From: Ophelia neglecta
Taxonomy: Eukaryota
Assembly: GCA_965285935.1 (NCBI GenBank)
Contig: OZ260661.1
Span: 135,284,001 to 135,348,000 of the forward strand
Direction: 5' to 3'
DNA length: 64,000 nt
Shown here: piece by piece, positions 39,522-51,074 of the stretch
Numbering within the stretch: position 1 is the first letter of the stretch
Layout: the number at the start of each line of letters is the position of its first letter
Translations under genes and position numbers: made by a program
Notes under the pieces: generated by a model
What the model saw: the letters and a program-made list of their open reading frames with translations, nothing else
The model's database searches: none
Told to the model about the DNA's origin: nothing

Positions 39522-42500
39522 TTAATTAATCCGTGATATATTCAGTGGTGTGTATGTGACATTCGGTGACAGGGCCTCGTATTCTCTTTCAGTTACTGTT
39601 TCCACAGAAGCCCCAACAGTCTGCCGCCCGCCTTCTCCGATGTCTTCATATGGACCTTTAGTCGGCCTCCCCACTTCTTGTATGTCCTCATATGGACCAT
39701 CAGTCTGCCGTCCGATTTCTTGTATATCCTCGTATGGACCATCTACACATGGACTGTTCAAAGTATCGGCTCGTGGCTGAATGTAACCTACTTCCTCATA
39801 TTGAGAAGTAATATATTGTCCTTGTCTTGAATTTGCTACGTTGTAATAATCATGACCAGTGGGGGAGGGAGTGTTCGCTCGTTCGTCTTCGTGAGCTGCT
39901 GCTTCATTGTAATAGGTGTGTTCTTTGTAGGTCTTCTGTTTGTCTGCTATGTGTTGCTTTCTAAAAATACATATATTGGTACTTATTATTATGCATATGC
40001 AAATTTAAAATCGCATATAATACTTTGGTGTTCAGTTCAGTTTTACACAATTATCAGAACTACACAAACAAAATTAAATATAGCCCCGATGGCTAATCGG
40101 ATGTAAATGTATTTAATGGATTCACGGACATCACAAATACTATTTATATCAGCTCATTGTCAATTTGCATTTTACATTTAGCCTTCAGGATTATCATAGC
40201 AGCTCATCTTCCATTTTGTACATCTTCCTGCACGCAGTCTGTTTCCTGATCATTGCCTCCGCCCAACTTTCTCACCGCGACCTATCCGCTCCCAACCCCT
40301 GTTTCTCACTCCACCACCTGTCTACTCGCTCTGGACGAGAAAGTTTGCAGCACCGTCAGTCTTTTACACCCTTTAAGTTTCAGTAATTTGCTCTTTCTTT
40401 ATTCAGCCAGCCTGCTCGTCAAGCGCTTTGCCCATCCCTCATCTTCCCGCACAACACACCTACCCTCTACCCCAAGCATTCTGACTCAACCCCTTGGTTA
40501 TCAGGCCGGGCATACTTCCCTATCCCAGGCACCGGGATACTGTTGCCCACTCAAATGTGATAAAAAAAACACTCTGGCCATATTTTCCATTTTAATAAAA
40601 ATATACTCAAAACGGTAAAGCATAAAATATATAACAAGAATAGATACCCGGAAAGCTTAGGCAATGGTTTACCAACGATTTAACGATGAAAGGCCCATTT
40701 GACAGTCAACATATTTGGCATCTTACTAGCTAAGATTACTAATCCGCTTCTCATAAGGACATATCTTACCTACGTTTCTGGCAGACAACATACAGAACAA
40801 CAACAATAAAGAGGATTATCACACCACCCAGCACTGGTCCGATATATAAATAAATACTGGTACCTGGAAAAGTTATAAAATGATACTATTAGACAAAGTA
40901 TCTTTGTTCTAGTTTCCACGAAATATTATTGGTCTGGTCAAGGTGAAGACCAACTAACACTCGGGCCTCTTTGAAGGCTGCCGAAGTTGAACTTAACCTC
41001 TTCCATATGTGCAATGTATGTAGGGCATGCTTGTATAATTAAGGCTAAGCTTTCTCAGCTATACAAACAGCAGATGAACATTGGAGCCACATACCTACTC
41101 TGAGGAGTGTATTTTCTGACCTTAAAACCTTTGCAATTCCTTAGCGAACATATGAAGAACATTTGACTGTCAATCAATATATATCGGACAATGGTGGATT
41201 GAGGGATAAGCAAAGAAAGCAGGCTGATCAGATATAGAAGTTGGAGGGTCTCTCTGGAAACTTGCAATCAAAGGTTCTGGAGCAGGAACAATACTTTAGG
41301 ATAGACAATTTTTAAATTCCGAATATTAAAGATGCGATGTTAAACGAAGCTCCTCTAAAAGATCTCCTTCAATTGGTAGATAATCATAAACCCAAAGAAT
41401 AGAATTTTACTTTACATTAAAAAAATCTGTTTTCGATTCGTGTTTCCAAATTTACGACATTGGAACGACCTGTCTTCATATGCTGCACTCACATTTAGGT
41501 AAATTTTCTAATATATACCTTGATCACTGTTGTCAGAGATGGGTGTGGTTGCCTCGGTTGTTAGTTTAGTTTGAGATGTTGGAGCTGATGTGTTATTGTA
41601 TCCTGGTATAGTTTTGGTAGAACCATTCCTTAGTATAGTAGTCATCGCTGCTGTCGTTGCCTTGTTAGAGACATTACCTTGTTGGGGTCTTAAAGTGGTT
41701 GATATCGAAGGGTCAGCATCTGAGTAAAATGGTTTTGCATGAACATGGATCGGATATATCAATATGCGTTGATTCAATGAGATAGTTGGTCTCAGCAAAG
41801 GGGGCACGTCCTACAATTGAACCTCAAATTACTACTGAAGATACACAGACTGGAATCAGTCTATTTACCATTTCTTTCACATAAAAATCTATAATTATTT
41901 CCTGGATCATCTGTTCCAGCCCATTTCCCGTCGATGCGCATCTTTACATATCCCTCATTGACAGTGGGTTCCCCGTCAGCCCAATTTTGCCATTCATACC
42001 AAGCATCACCTAACCACTCCCATCCACCTCGCCTAATTGTTTCGTTGTTGCTGTTTGCTGAGCTTGAAACGTCCTTTGTTAATCCAATCCAGAATTGGTG
42101 CATTCCATTCCTGGGATCGCAAACCTCCCCCGACATGCACTTTATTCTGGTTAAAATGTAAGAATAAGTTATATCACATAGCTAATACAATAATACAATA
42201 ATTTAGTAAATCCCCAAACAATTGAAAAACATAACACCCACCACATGATGAGTATTATTGAGAAAATGTATTGGTAAGATGGCAGTACTAGAGCACACAT
42301 TGCATGACATTGCTTTCATTTCAATGCTGTAAGCGCTAAAAAACAAGTATCTTTCTTACAGGTTTTCAAAGACGAATTCGTTTTGTTCCTTGTTTTCTAC
42401 TGATACTAGAGAGGCATGCAATCCTTCACATCTTCTAACCGCTTCTGTGAAATTTCGTAGAATCATCTTTCCTGAGACATAATAACACCTCCAATCATAA

Positions 42501-43376
42501 GGAAACCACTGACCATCAAAATCACACCGCCTTGCTACAACTGTAACATAGTAAACACAAAAATCGGGAAATAAACTACCGGGAAGAAATTCACGAAAGC
42601 GTGGGCATCCTTAGAATTAAATATTACGCATTGAGACAACAGGAATCTTTGATGACTACCACTACCATTAATACAGTACATCTATCAAATTTTAGTATCA
42701 GAATATATTACATGCCAAGCAAAAGCAACCCTTCTTCCGCCAGCTACTTTCACTTCTTTTGCTAACAACCGATCAAGTGAAAGTATATTAGATATGTATA
42801 CGTGTAGTAAGCCGATTTACTTTCGAAGCCATGTTTCAATTTTATTCGACTGGGGTGTCATAATTTGGGGTTTTGTGAATTTGAAGTTGGACTATTTTAG
42901 AGGGTCTGAGAACATAACATTTCCGACGGTACCAATGACTTTCGGATTATAGACATTCTAAGTGTCATGAAGTGCCATCTAAATGGACATTCAACCCAAA
43001 TGAGAACTATCCATGTTTGAGGAAGAAACAGGAACACATTTAGCTTATGAGTTAAAAAATACGCAATCAATGAAACGGTGAGCCATGGATGTAAACATTA
43101 CACCACACACTTATACGTAATTACGTATTGTCTATAAGTATTCTTACTTATATTAGTACCCACAAAAATCAAACTTTGTCTGAATACGCCCAAGCCTTCA
43201 TTGGTTAACCCCCCTCTAATTTCTTACTGAGTTGTATTATTGAACAAATGAGAATGAAAATATCCGTGTCTTTGCCTAGAATAAAGGGCACCGAAGTGTC
43301 TCCTTATGTATATACACGTACCTATATATAGCGTAAATGTCGGTAAAACACCACGGAACAGGGCGGCAGGATACAT
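39522..43376 (-). CDS. CTLD type I transmembrane receptor copy F (~415 aa). Exons 43376-43322, 42540-42360, 42146-41869, 41719-41519, 40863-40770, 39960-39522
   Basis: Exons 55/181/278/201/94/439 in frame. The CTLD has EPT instead of EPN. Confidence 0.85.
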
Positions 43377-44279
43377 ATTGGGCCCAGATCGAGATATTCT
43401 ACCACATTGCCGAATTTAGATGCTGAAATGAAGACAGCAGTGGTGTTCCGATGCTCTTACATGATAACGAACCTGTCGAAGCTTTCCTCGTGTAATATAT
43501 TTCTATATAACACATCCACCGCCTGTTTGCGTTGTAGACCTTTGTTTTGGCAAGTAAAGTGTGTAGACTGCTGTTGAAGGCGACACGGTCTGTGATCAAG
43601 GTATAAAAGTTTTGGCTTCGCATACATTGCAAATACCATGATTGCTTATGATTCTATTCAGGCATCATAATGACACCCGGCATTGATATACAAGTTTGTA
43701 AACGGGGGAGTCGAATAAGTATATTTATAAAATTCCGTAATATTTAAATAAGGATATTTATAGCATTGTACTGCGTACCGCTTATCGCATTAAATTTAAA
43801 AATAAATCATTTTACACACGTGCATTTATTGCTTAGAACCTAATATACCTGGCGCTCACACTGTGATGATTGCGGTAATTTACCTAGCCATCCAATGTAA
43901 AGGTATTATATTTATAATAAAATATTTAATCACAAAATCGCAGATTGACAACTATAATTTAATGGTACAGCCAGCTATGTGCGCTGAAATTTGAGAGTAA
44001 ATTCCGAATGAATGTAGCCACAGTGTAATGTGAATACGTCATGTTTGCCTTCTTCGCTGGGTCCAAATTATGTTACACATATCCAAATCATACATTTATC
44101 CAGACCGTAAATGACCAAAGTTTGATCGTTACGGAGTTGAACGAGGTAAGGAATGCTGCACCGTACCCTAGACGATTTTTAAATCAATTATGTCGTAAGC
44201 AAGTCCCCCCCCTCCCCCAACCCATACTTACAATATACACCGCAAAACTGAATTAATCAAACATTTTTTTCCAGTGCCT

Positions 44280-45060
44280 AGGTTCTCGTTAGTGTATCGG
44301 CACGATCCATTTTACCCACCACAAAGCAAGAATGTTCGTTTGGTCATGGTCAAATATGGTCAGTATAGGTTTATGAACACTCTATGTTCCTTGTTTTTGC
44401 CGTTTGAACCACACGGTGAATCTCAATTATTTACGGAGGATGCTTATCAACGCAGGGCTTTCATGGGGGAACACAGTTACAAAACTTTCCCCGAATCGCA
44501 TTTTATCGTGTTTTTACTGTAAGCACGAAGTTATACCACATGGCCAATATAAAAGTATAATAACATAATAAATCTTTCGAACGTTTTTCAAAACACTAAC
44601 CAAGTGATATGCATTATAGACATCTTGTATTGGCAAGATAAGAGCTCTAGTGCACACATAGCTTGATATTCACTTGCGTTCAATGATGTAAACATTAACA
44701 GAAAAAAACCTGTCTTACAAGTTGTTAGTAACGAAGTCGCTTTGAGTCTTACTTTCCAGTGAAGCTAGACTAGCGCCCACCCTTTCAATTTGTTAACCGC
44801 ATTTATGGAGTTCAGTAGAATGTTCTTTCCTGATGCATTATAACACCTCCCATCATAAGAAAAACACTCGCCGTCAAAAACAAACTTGTTATTCCTGGTG
44901 AAGACTGATGATAATGGCGACACGGTCTGCGATCAGGGAAAAAAGTGTCCGCTTCGCGTTAAATTGTAACCACCATGATTGCTATACACAAAACTACACA
45001 ATTAATTGGTAACAATATTATGACAAGCCATACGTGTACACAAGCTTTATTAACGGGGGA
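44280..45060 (-). pseudogene. Decayed CTLD receptor paralog (CTLD-1 relic ~44888-44719, eroded CTLD-2 and promoter fragments)
   Basis: Translates as FVFDGECFSYDGRCYNASGK...(frameshift at the helix-1 Cys)...ERVGASLASLESKTQSDFVTNNL|gtaag. The flanks align with intron 2 and with the upstream motif GGCGACACGGTCTG. Confidence 0.75.
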
Positions 45061-45566
45061 GCGAAATACTAATAATATTCCTTTAAGCATTAAAACACCT
45101 TTTATTTAAAAAAGGACTGGATACACACAGAATAGCCAAATCAAAATTAAACAATAGTTCATTAAGGTGCAAGTAAACCTCTTTAGTTATAAAGTTGCAA
45201 ATGTTGCTCATGATGCCTTTAAAACGATACAGCAATAAATAGTGTTGTAATCCCTGTCAATTTAATATTTTAAAAGAGAAACTAAAAAAGAAAGTCTAAA
45301 TTTTGTATTTTGAATGCCATGTTGTGCTGAAATAAGAGCGAATTTTTACAAAAGCAACATAACTTTGGACTACTGGACTGATATAAAGTCCATTAACGGC
45401 ATTGTGACTAGTAAAGATGGATGTAAAAGTAAGTAAGTAAATAGTTTATTACCGTGACCAATGTATACATAATAAAGAGGTGACATAATAAGATAATTAG
45501 GAACACCGTGCCCTTCGGGCATAATAGTCACATAACAGAACATAACATTCACACGCGAGTCTTGTG

Positions 45567-48500
45567 TTAATCGTATAATATACCTTTCCGTAGCTCGTAG
45601 CATTTCATAATGAATTTTCCTAGCTGTCCTGGGAACTGATCAAAAAGTTCAACATATATTTCACAAGTATTTAAGTTTGCAAAATTAAGTGTTTGATAAT
45701 CTATACTCTCTAATAAGTTATCCGAAGAGTACAGAGGACATTCAAATATAAAATGTGACTCATCCTCTACCGCATTTAAGTTACAAAACACACATATTCT
45801 ATTATCAACAGATTCTCCTTTAAATCTACCAGTTTCTATTCTCAGAGGAAGAATACCACATCGTAATTGAAAGATAGGAGACCTTTCATATATTTCTAAA
45901 TTCATTCTTACATAGTTCTCACAGGAGGGTTTAGATTTATAAGTCAAATAAGTACGTGATTTTGGTTTAGTTGAGGCCTGTCGGTGCCAACATTGGTACC
46001 ATCTATTCATCAGCCTCTCCCTACAGACAGAGATATCCACTGCAGACTTGTCACGGAAACTAGCTTCTAAGTTAATTGTACACAAAATATCTTTAACCCA
46101 TTCTGACCAGTTATTGCGTTGAATAGACCAATCCCAATTAAATACATATTTGTTTAGACGGTTGTCATCCATACTCAAAAATCTGTTCCACAGTCGGAGA
46201 CATTCAATTTCCCATCTAATTTTACATTTAGTCCAACCCATATCACCTTCTATAGCAGCCAATGGTGCAAAACGGTGAACGACCAGAAAGAACCTTTCTG
46301 CCCGGTTCTGTACCCCTTCGGCACAAGAAAACTCTTTTCTGCCCCAGACCGCCGATCCATAATCAAGGACAGGCCACACTGATAATTCATACATAGATGT
46401 AAAAGTATTATAACCAACCCCGTTCAGAAATTTAGATTTAGAAATTATTGCGCCAAGAGCGCGCCCGGCAGCCTCTAAAAGGAGTGTGGCAGCATGTTTG
46501 AAATCCAAAAACTCATTAAATATAACTCCTAAATATTTATACTTTTCTACAATTTCAAGAGAGTTGGATCCTATATGAAATTGAAAATTTGTTTTAGGAC
46601 ATTTCTTATTTCTAAAGTGAATAACTTAAGTTTTCTGAACGTTAATACCTAGTCGCCACTCATGGCACCACTGGGCGGTACAGTCTAAAAGTTTTTGTAA
46701 ATCTTCAGCAGATTCACTAATTAATACAATGTCATCTGCATAGGCCAGACAGCATACAATACATCTATATTGAGTGATTTTAATCTACACAATAAATCAT
46801 TGATATATATTAAAAATAAGTTTGGAGATAAGTTATCTCCTTGCCTCACTCCATATATAGTATTGAACCACTCGGTGAGATGTCCATTTACCCGTACACA
46901 TGCACTGGTACCCTGATACAATGATTATAAGCCCAGTAGATTTTACCACTAATACCTCCCTCCAACAGTTTTAACATGAGCAAATTCCTGTCTACAGAGT
47001 CGAATGCTTTATGGAAATCGATAGAAGCAGCATAAATACCAGAACTATTTGGGTCAGAAAGGCTTACATTTCTCATATTCACATTTCTTAGTTTGTTTTC
47101 AACAATAGAATTTAAACAAAATATATGATCCACACAAGATCTATTTGCTCTGAACCCATTTTGCTCATCGACAAGTTTGCCATTTTCATCAAGAAAAGCA
47201 GAAATACGAGTATTTAATAATGATGTATAAAGTTTACTAGTTGTACAAAGTATACTGATGCCTCGATAAAGGGAAGGTACTCTTGGGTCGTTATCAGCTG
47301 ACTTTGGTATTGGAACAATAATCGATCTCAAACAGATACTGGGGACAATGCCAGAGGAAAAGCACAAATTAAAGAAGAGATGTAGCACAGATATAACACT
47401 TTCTGATCGTAAAACTTCATTTGGTATATTGTCTAGCCCCACAGCCTTCCTTGACTTAGCCTTACTAATAACAAGTTTAATTTCTGACAAAGTAAAAGAC
47501 TCATTCATACTATTTTGATCCATATATTCTTGTGAATTTTCAAGATGGGCCAGGGTTCCCAGCTTCTGCCGAAATAAATCTTGGTCAAACTCTGTACCAA
47601 TACTATTGTACAGGTTTGAAAAGTCTGTTTTCCATTTATTTAATACATCATTCATGTCAGTCACTGTGTTTCCATCAATCATCACTTCTTGTGGAATAGT
47701 TTGTTTTTTCTTGTGCCCCAGTCACTTAATGTGATCCCAGAATTCTCTTGGGTTTGAGGATTCTAGTTCTTCTATCTCCAGCATTCTGCCCCTATAATGC
47801 TGAAGTTTTAGATAGCGCAGTTTCTTGTCAAATTGTTTTATTGCCTGCTTAAATTCCAGCCTCATGCGTTCCCGGACTCTCCTCGGCCCACGAAAAGTCA
47901 CAAATATATGTTCCTTAGAAACAGCACAGTTCCATAATTCGGAGAGCTCTGTACACCAATACGGCTTGGCCCTAGTAAGGGATTTTCTAGCTCCCCGATT
48001 AGTACTATTCATACGCACAGGCAAGAAAGCGTCCATTTCTGAGTTTATGTTATCTGAAAGGTCTTTATAAATACTATCAATTTAGTCTTGGGACTGACGA
48101 GCACCCTCAATGGACACAATGATATTGTTAATAAGAGTCCAAAATCTGGCATTGTTCATAAACTCTGTAGGAAGGTTTTGGGCTCTTTATTGTTTACCTG
48201 CGGGAGAGATTGACTAATTGTTGTTATTATCGTGACTAATTCGTTCTGGCTCTAGGTAATCCCTGATCGCATGAGCATAATTACATTGGAAGGTCAAAGA
48301 CAAGAGAGCATGGTCTGGGATTTTACTTCTTTCACCCAATAAAGTTTGAATACCTAGCCTATCTACAATATCAAAACAAGATTCAATAGAGAAATGAGTA
48401 CAACGATTTAGGTCACTATGTGCTACACAGAAATAATCAACAAATGAACGCCCTCTGGTCGAGGAATATGTATAATTATTACCAATTGGGTTCACCCGAC

Positions 48501-49116
48501 CGTTTAAAACACAAAATTTGACATCAAGCAGGAAATCACAAAAAGCTCTACCATGATGGTTTACAGTGGTGTCTAGAATAATGCGACTCTGTATCTCATC
48601 TAAATCAGGGTTAAAGTCATTAAGTTTGCCCATTCTGGCATTAATATCTCCACAAATAACTAAAGAGTCAACATGTTCTGAATAAAGATACAACTCGGAG
48701 AGAAGATGATTAAGAAAACCTATAGAATCCCTGCCTCTGGGTGATGACTCCGGAGGAAGATAGCAGCAGTACAGTAAAAGTATAAAGTTAGTAATTTTAT
48801 CCTGGAGCTTAATTCCCAATACTCCTTCACATTGTTTGTCAATAACAGTTATGTCATACATTTGAAATAAAGACAGCTTAACAAAAACTCCAACACCCCC
48901 AGAGCCACCAGGGGCATTGACATGTATACAGGATCTATTATTACTAAACCATTTATAACCTTCAATTCGTAATTCAACCACATCCAGTAGCTTGGATTCA
49001 ATTACACAAAAAATGTCTGCATCGCTGTCTCTTACAATGGCCTCACGCAATTCATGATTTACAGAGTGCCATCCGTTAACATTTAATTCGCAGATTGTCA
49101 GTTCCCCGAAGGGCAT
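45567..49116 (-). pseudogene. LINE ORF2 (endonuclease + RT), disrupted by frameshifts and stops
   Basis: LNVNG, GGVG, GDINAR, VDY, PDH (endonuclease); KAVGLDNIP, YRGISIL, IDFHKAFDSV, GVRQGDNLSP, YADD in a shifted frame; LRIETGRF...CVFC...HFIFEC. Confidence 0.9.
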
Positions 49117-49122
49117 GTATCC

Positions 49123-50139
49123 TTATCCATTACCGCCGCGGCCCCTACCACCATGTTGCCATCCGCGGCCGCGCATACCCCCACGGGCATTGGCTCCACC
49201 TCGGGCTGAACCGCCCCGCCCTCTGACCATTCCTGAAAGCGGCAGATTATCGACAGATTCAGAGTTCAAATTTGGCGGCTCGCCAGGTGTTGACCCACTG
49301 GGGACGGACCTTGGGGTGAGAACAGAATTAGCTGACATCCGGTACTTGTTCTTCAGAGATGGTATTTCATTCGAAAGTACTTTAAAATTCAGCTCCATCG
49401 CTCTTTCTGCATGCGTTTTGCTTGAGGTAAGTATTGCTTTCGAGAACTCCATCGATTTAGCAAGTTCGCGCTTCTTTCGTAGGATTTTAATTTTCTCCTC
49501 TGTTGTTCCGAAGGCTATCTTGATCGGGCCAGGTGACTGCTGCGACTTCTGCGGCAGGCGCACTGCTTTTACGACTGTAACATCGTCACCGAGTTCTAAG
49601 GCCGATAGGAGTCTGGCTATCTTTCCAAGCAGATTTTCCTCGGGCTCCTGGTACACTGAATAGGCCATGATTGTTTTGTTTACATTGTCTACAGGGTCGC
49701 CCACTAGCTCGGCAAGACGGTTCTCAGCTTGTTGTACACTCTGTTGACACTTATCGAGCTGTTCCTTGTACTTTGCCAGCTTGCCGTCCTGTTCGGTCAC
49801 GGTCGCCCCTTGCGAGCTCTCGATAGCTGTAATCCTATTGTCTAATTTGTCTATCTGCTCATCCATGTGTTTCTTCAAATTTCCAATTTTTTTATCAAAT
49901 TCCTCTTTAATACTTGCAACAGTCGTATCAAAGTGCTGTTTTAGGTCACTTATCTTTTCAAGAAGTTCCGCGTGGCGTAGGTCTTCCTTGGTCTTTGCCG
50001 GTGTCTTAATCAACGGTGATTCCTAGTTGTTCGCCATCTTGGTTTGCGGAGTGCTTGGATCTGACGAAAGACTGTCCCTATTTTTCCTCTTCCTTGACTC
50101 GTCTGTCTCTGTTTCTGTTTCTTTGTCGATTGACAGCAT
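49123..50139 (-). pseudogene. LINE ORF1 (coiled coil, RRM-like region, RGG-rich C-terminus) with one in-frame stop at 50023-50025
   Basis: ORFs 50023-50241 and 49123-50013 are in the same frame. Heptad-like N-terminal half, KAVRLP...PGPIKIAF, C-terminal RGRGG repeats. Lies immediately upstream of ORF2. Confidence 0.8.
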
Positions 50140-51074
50140 TGCAGGATTGTTTAGCCGCCAGATTATTACACAATTGACGCTTAAAAAATTCCAGAAAAAT
50201 GTATTTTCTTCGTTTTTATTCGGAGACTTTTGGCAAGGCAACTCTCCAACCGGATGTCACGTACATGGATGTATTGTTGTGTCAAAATATAAACACATAT
50301 TTTAGAGTACTTTGGACTAAAACGACCAACATAAACATCAACCAGCACTTATTCAAAATTGTCACTTTTTGGATAAAATTGCACAAAATCCCAAATTTAT
50401 CACATAGGACACTTATGTACGCAATAAAGAAGCTTCCATAATATTCTTCCCAACTTATTTTTCTATGGTTTGTATTGAAAAATCATGTTTATTTTAGAAC
50501 AACTTGACATATCGCTTACGCATTTTCGATCTTGTGCATTGTGTGAAAACATCACGTTTGCCTTATTGACACCGCCCAACGGTTCCCTTTAGTTAATAAA
50601 TCTAATTAATCTATTAGAAAGTCAGGAAATGACCACTATTTGATCATTTAGAAGTCGAAAGTTGTAACCAGTAAACCAGTATCTAGACTAGCCCAAATCA
50701 ATCTTCATGTTATGGTTGCTCAAACGTCAGCTAATGAGTCAAAACGATATAAAATCAAATTAAATATCAATGTCAAAGTAAAGGCAAGTCATTACATTAT
50801 AGGCCGCCAAAATAAAGTTAATTAAACGTCCTTATTTGACTGTTTGTGTTCTTTACAATTTTGTAAGTACATATCTTCTATAACTGAAAAATTTATAACA
50901 CAATCCATTTTTGCCCCCACAAAGCGCCCATGTTCGTTGGAGTTTGATATAACCACATGTATCTTATTGTGTTGCAGCATGCTATGTCTTGTTATAGTAG
51001 GTGCCGCCTGGCGGCAGAACCTGGCACTTCTTTCCAGGCACCATTTCCTGGTAGGTTCCTCCAGTCGGATGACC

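Larger units (their letters stand above)
45426..50264 (-). mobile_element. Full-length but inactivated LINE (ORF1 + APE/RT ORF2) with 9-bp TSD and (TTAC)n tail
   Basis: ATGGATGTA at 45417-45425 and 50265-50273. Minus-strand AATAAA followed by TTAC repeats at ~45426-45450. ORF2 is broken into five ORFs. Confidence 0.92.

Noticed and set aside
1-50264. Diversity-generating retroelement (RT next to variable C-type-lectin repeats)
   Set aside because: The RTs are APE-type LINEs at different decay stages. The lectin repeats are whole intron-containing genes, there is no template repeat, and inter-copy changes are not adenine-specific.
49115-50305. Plus-strand ORFs over LINE ORF1, and similar short antisense ORFs over receptor exons
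   Set aside because: Antisense shadows of real minus-strand coding sequence.
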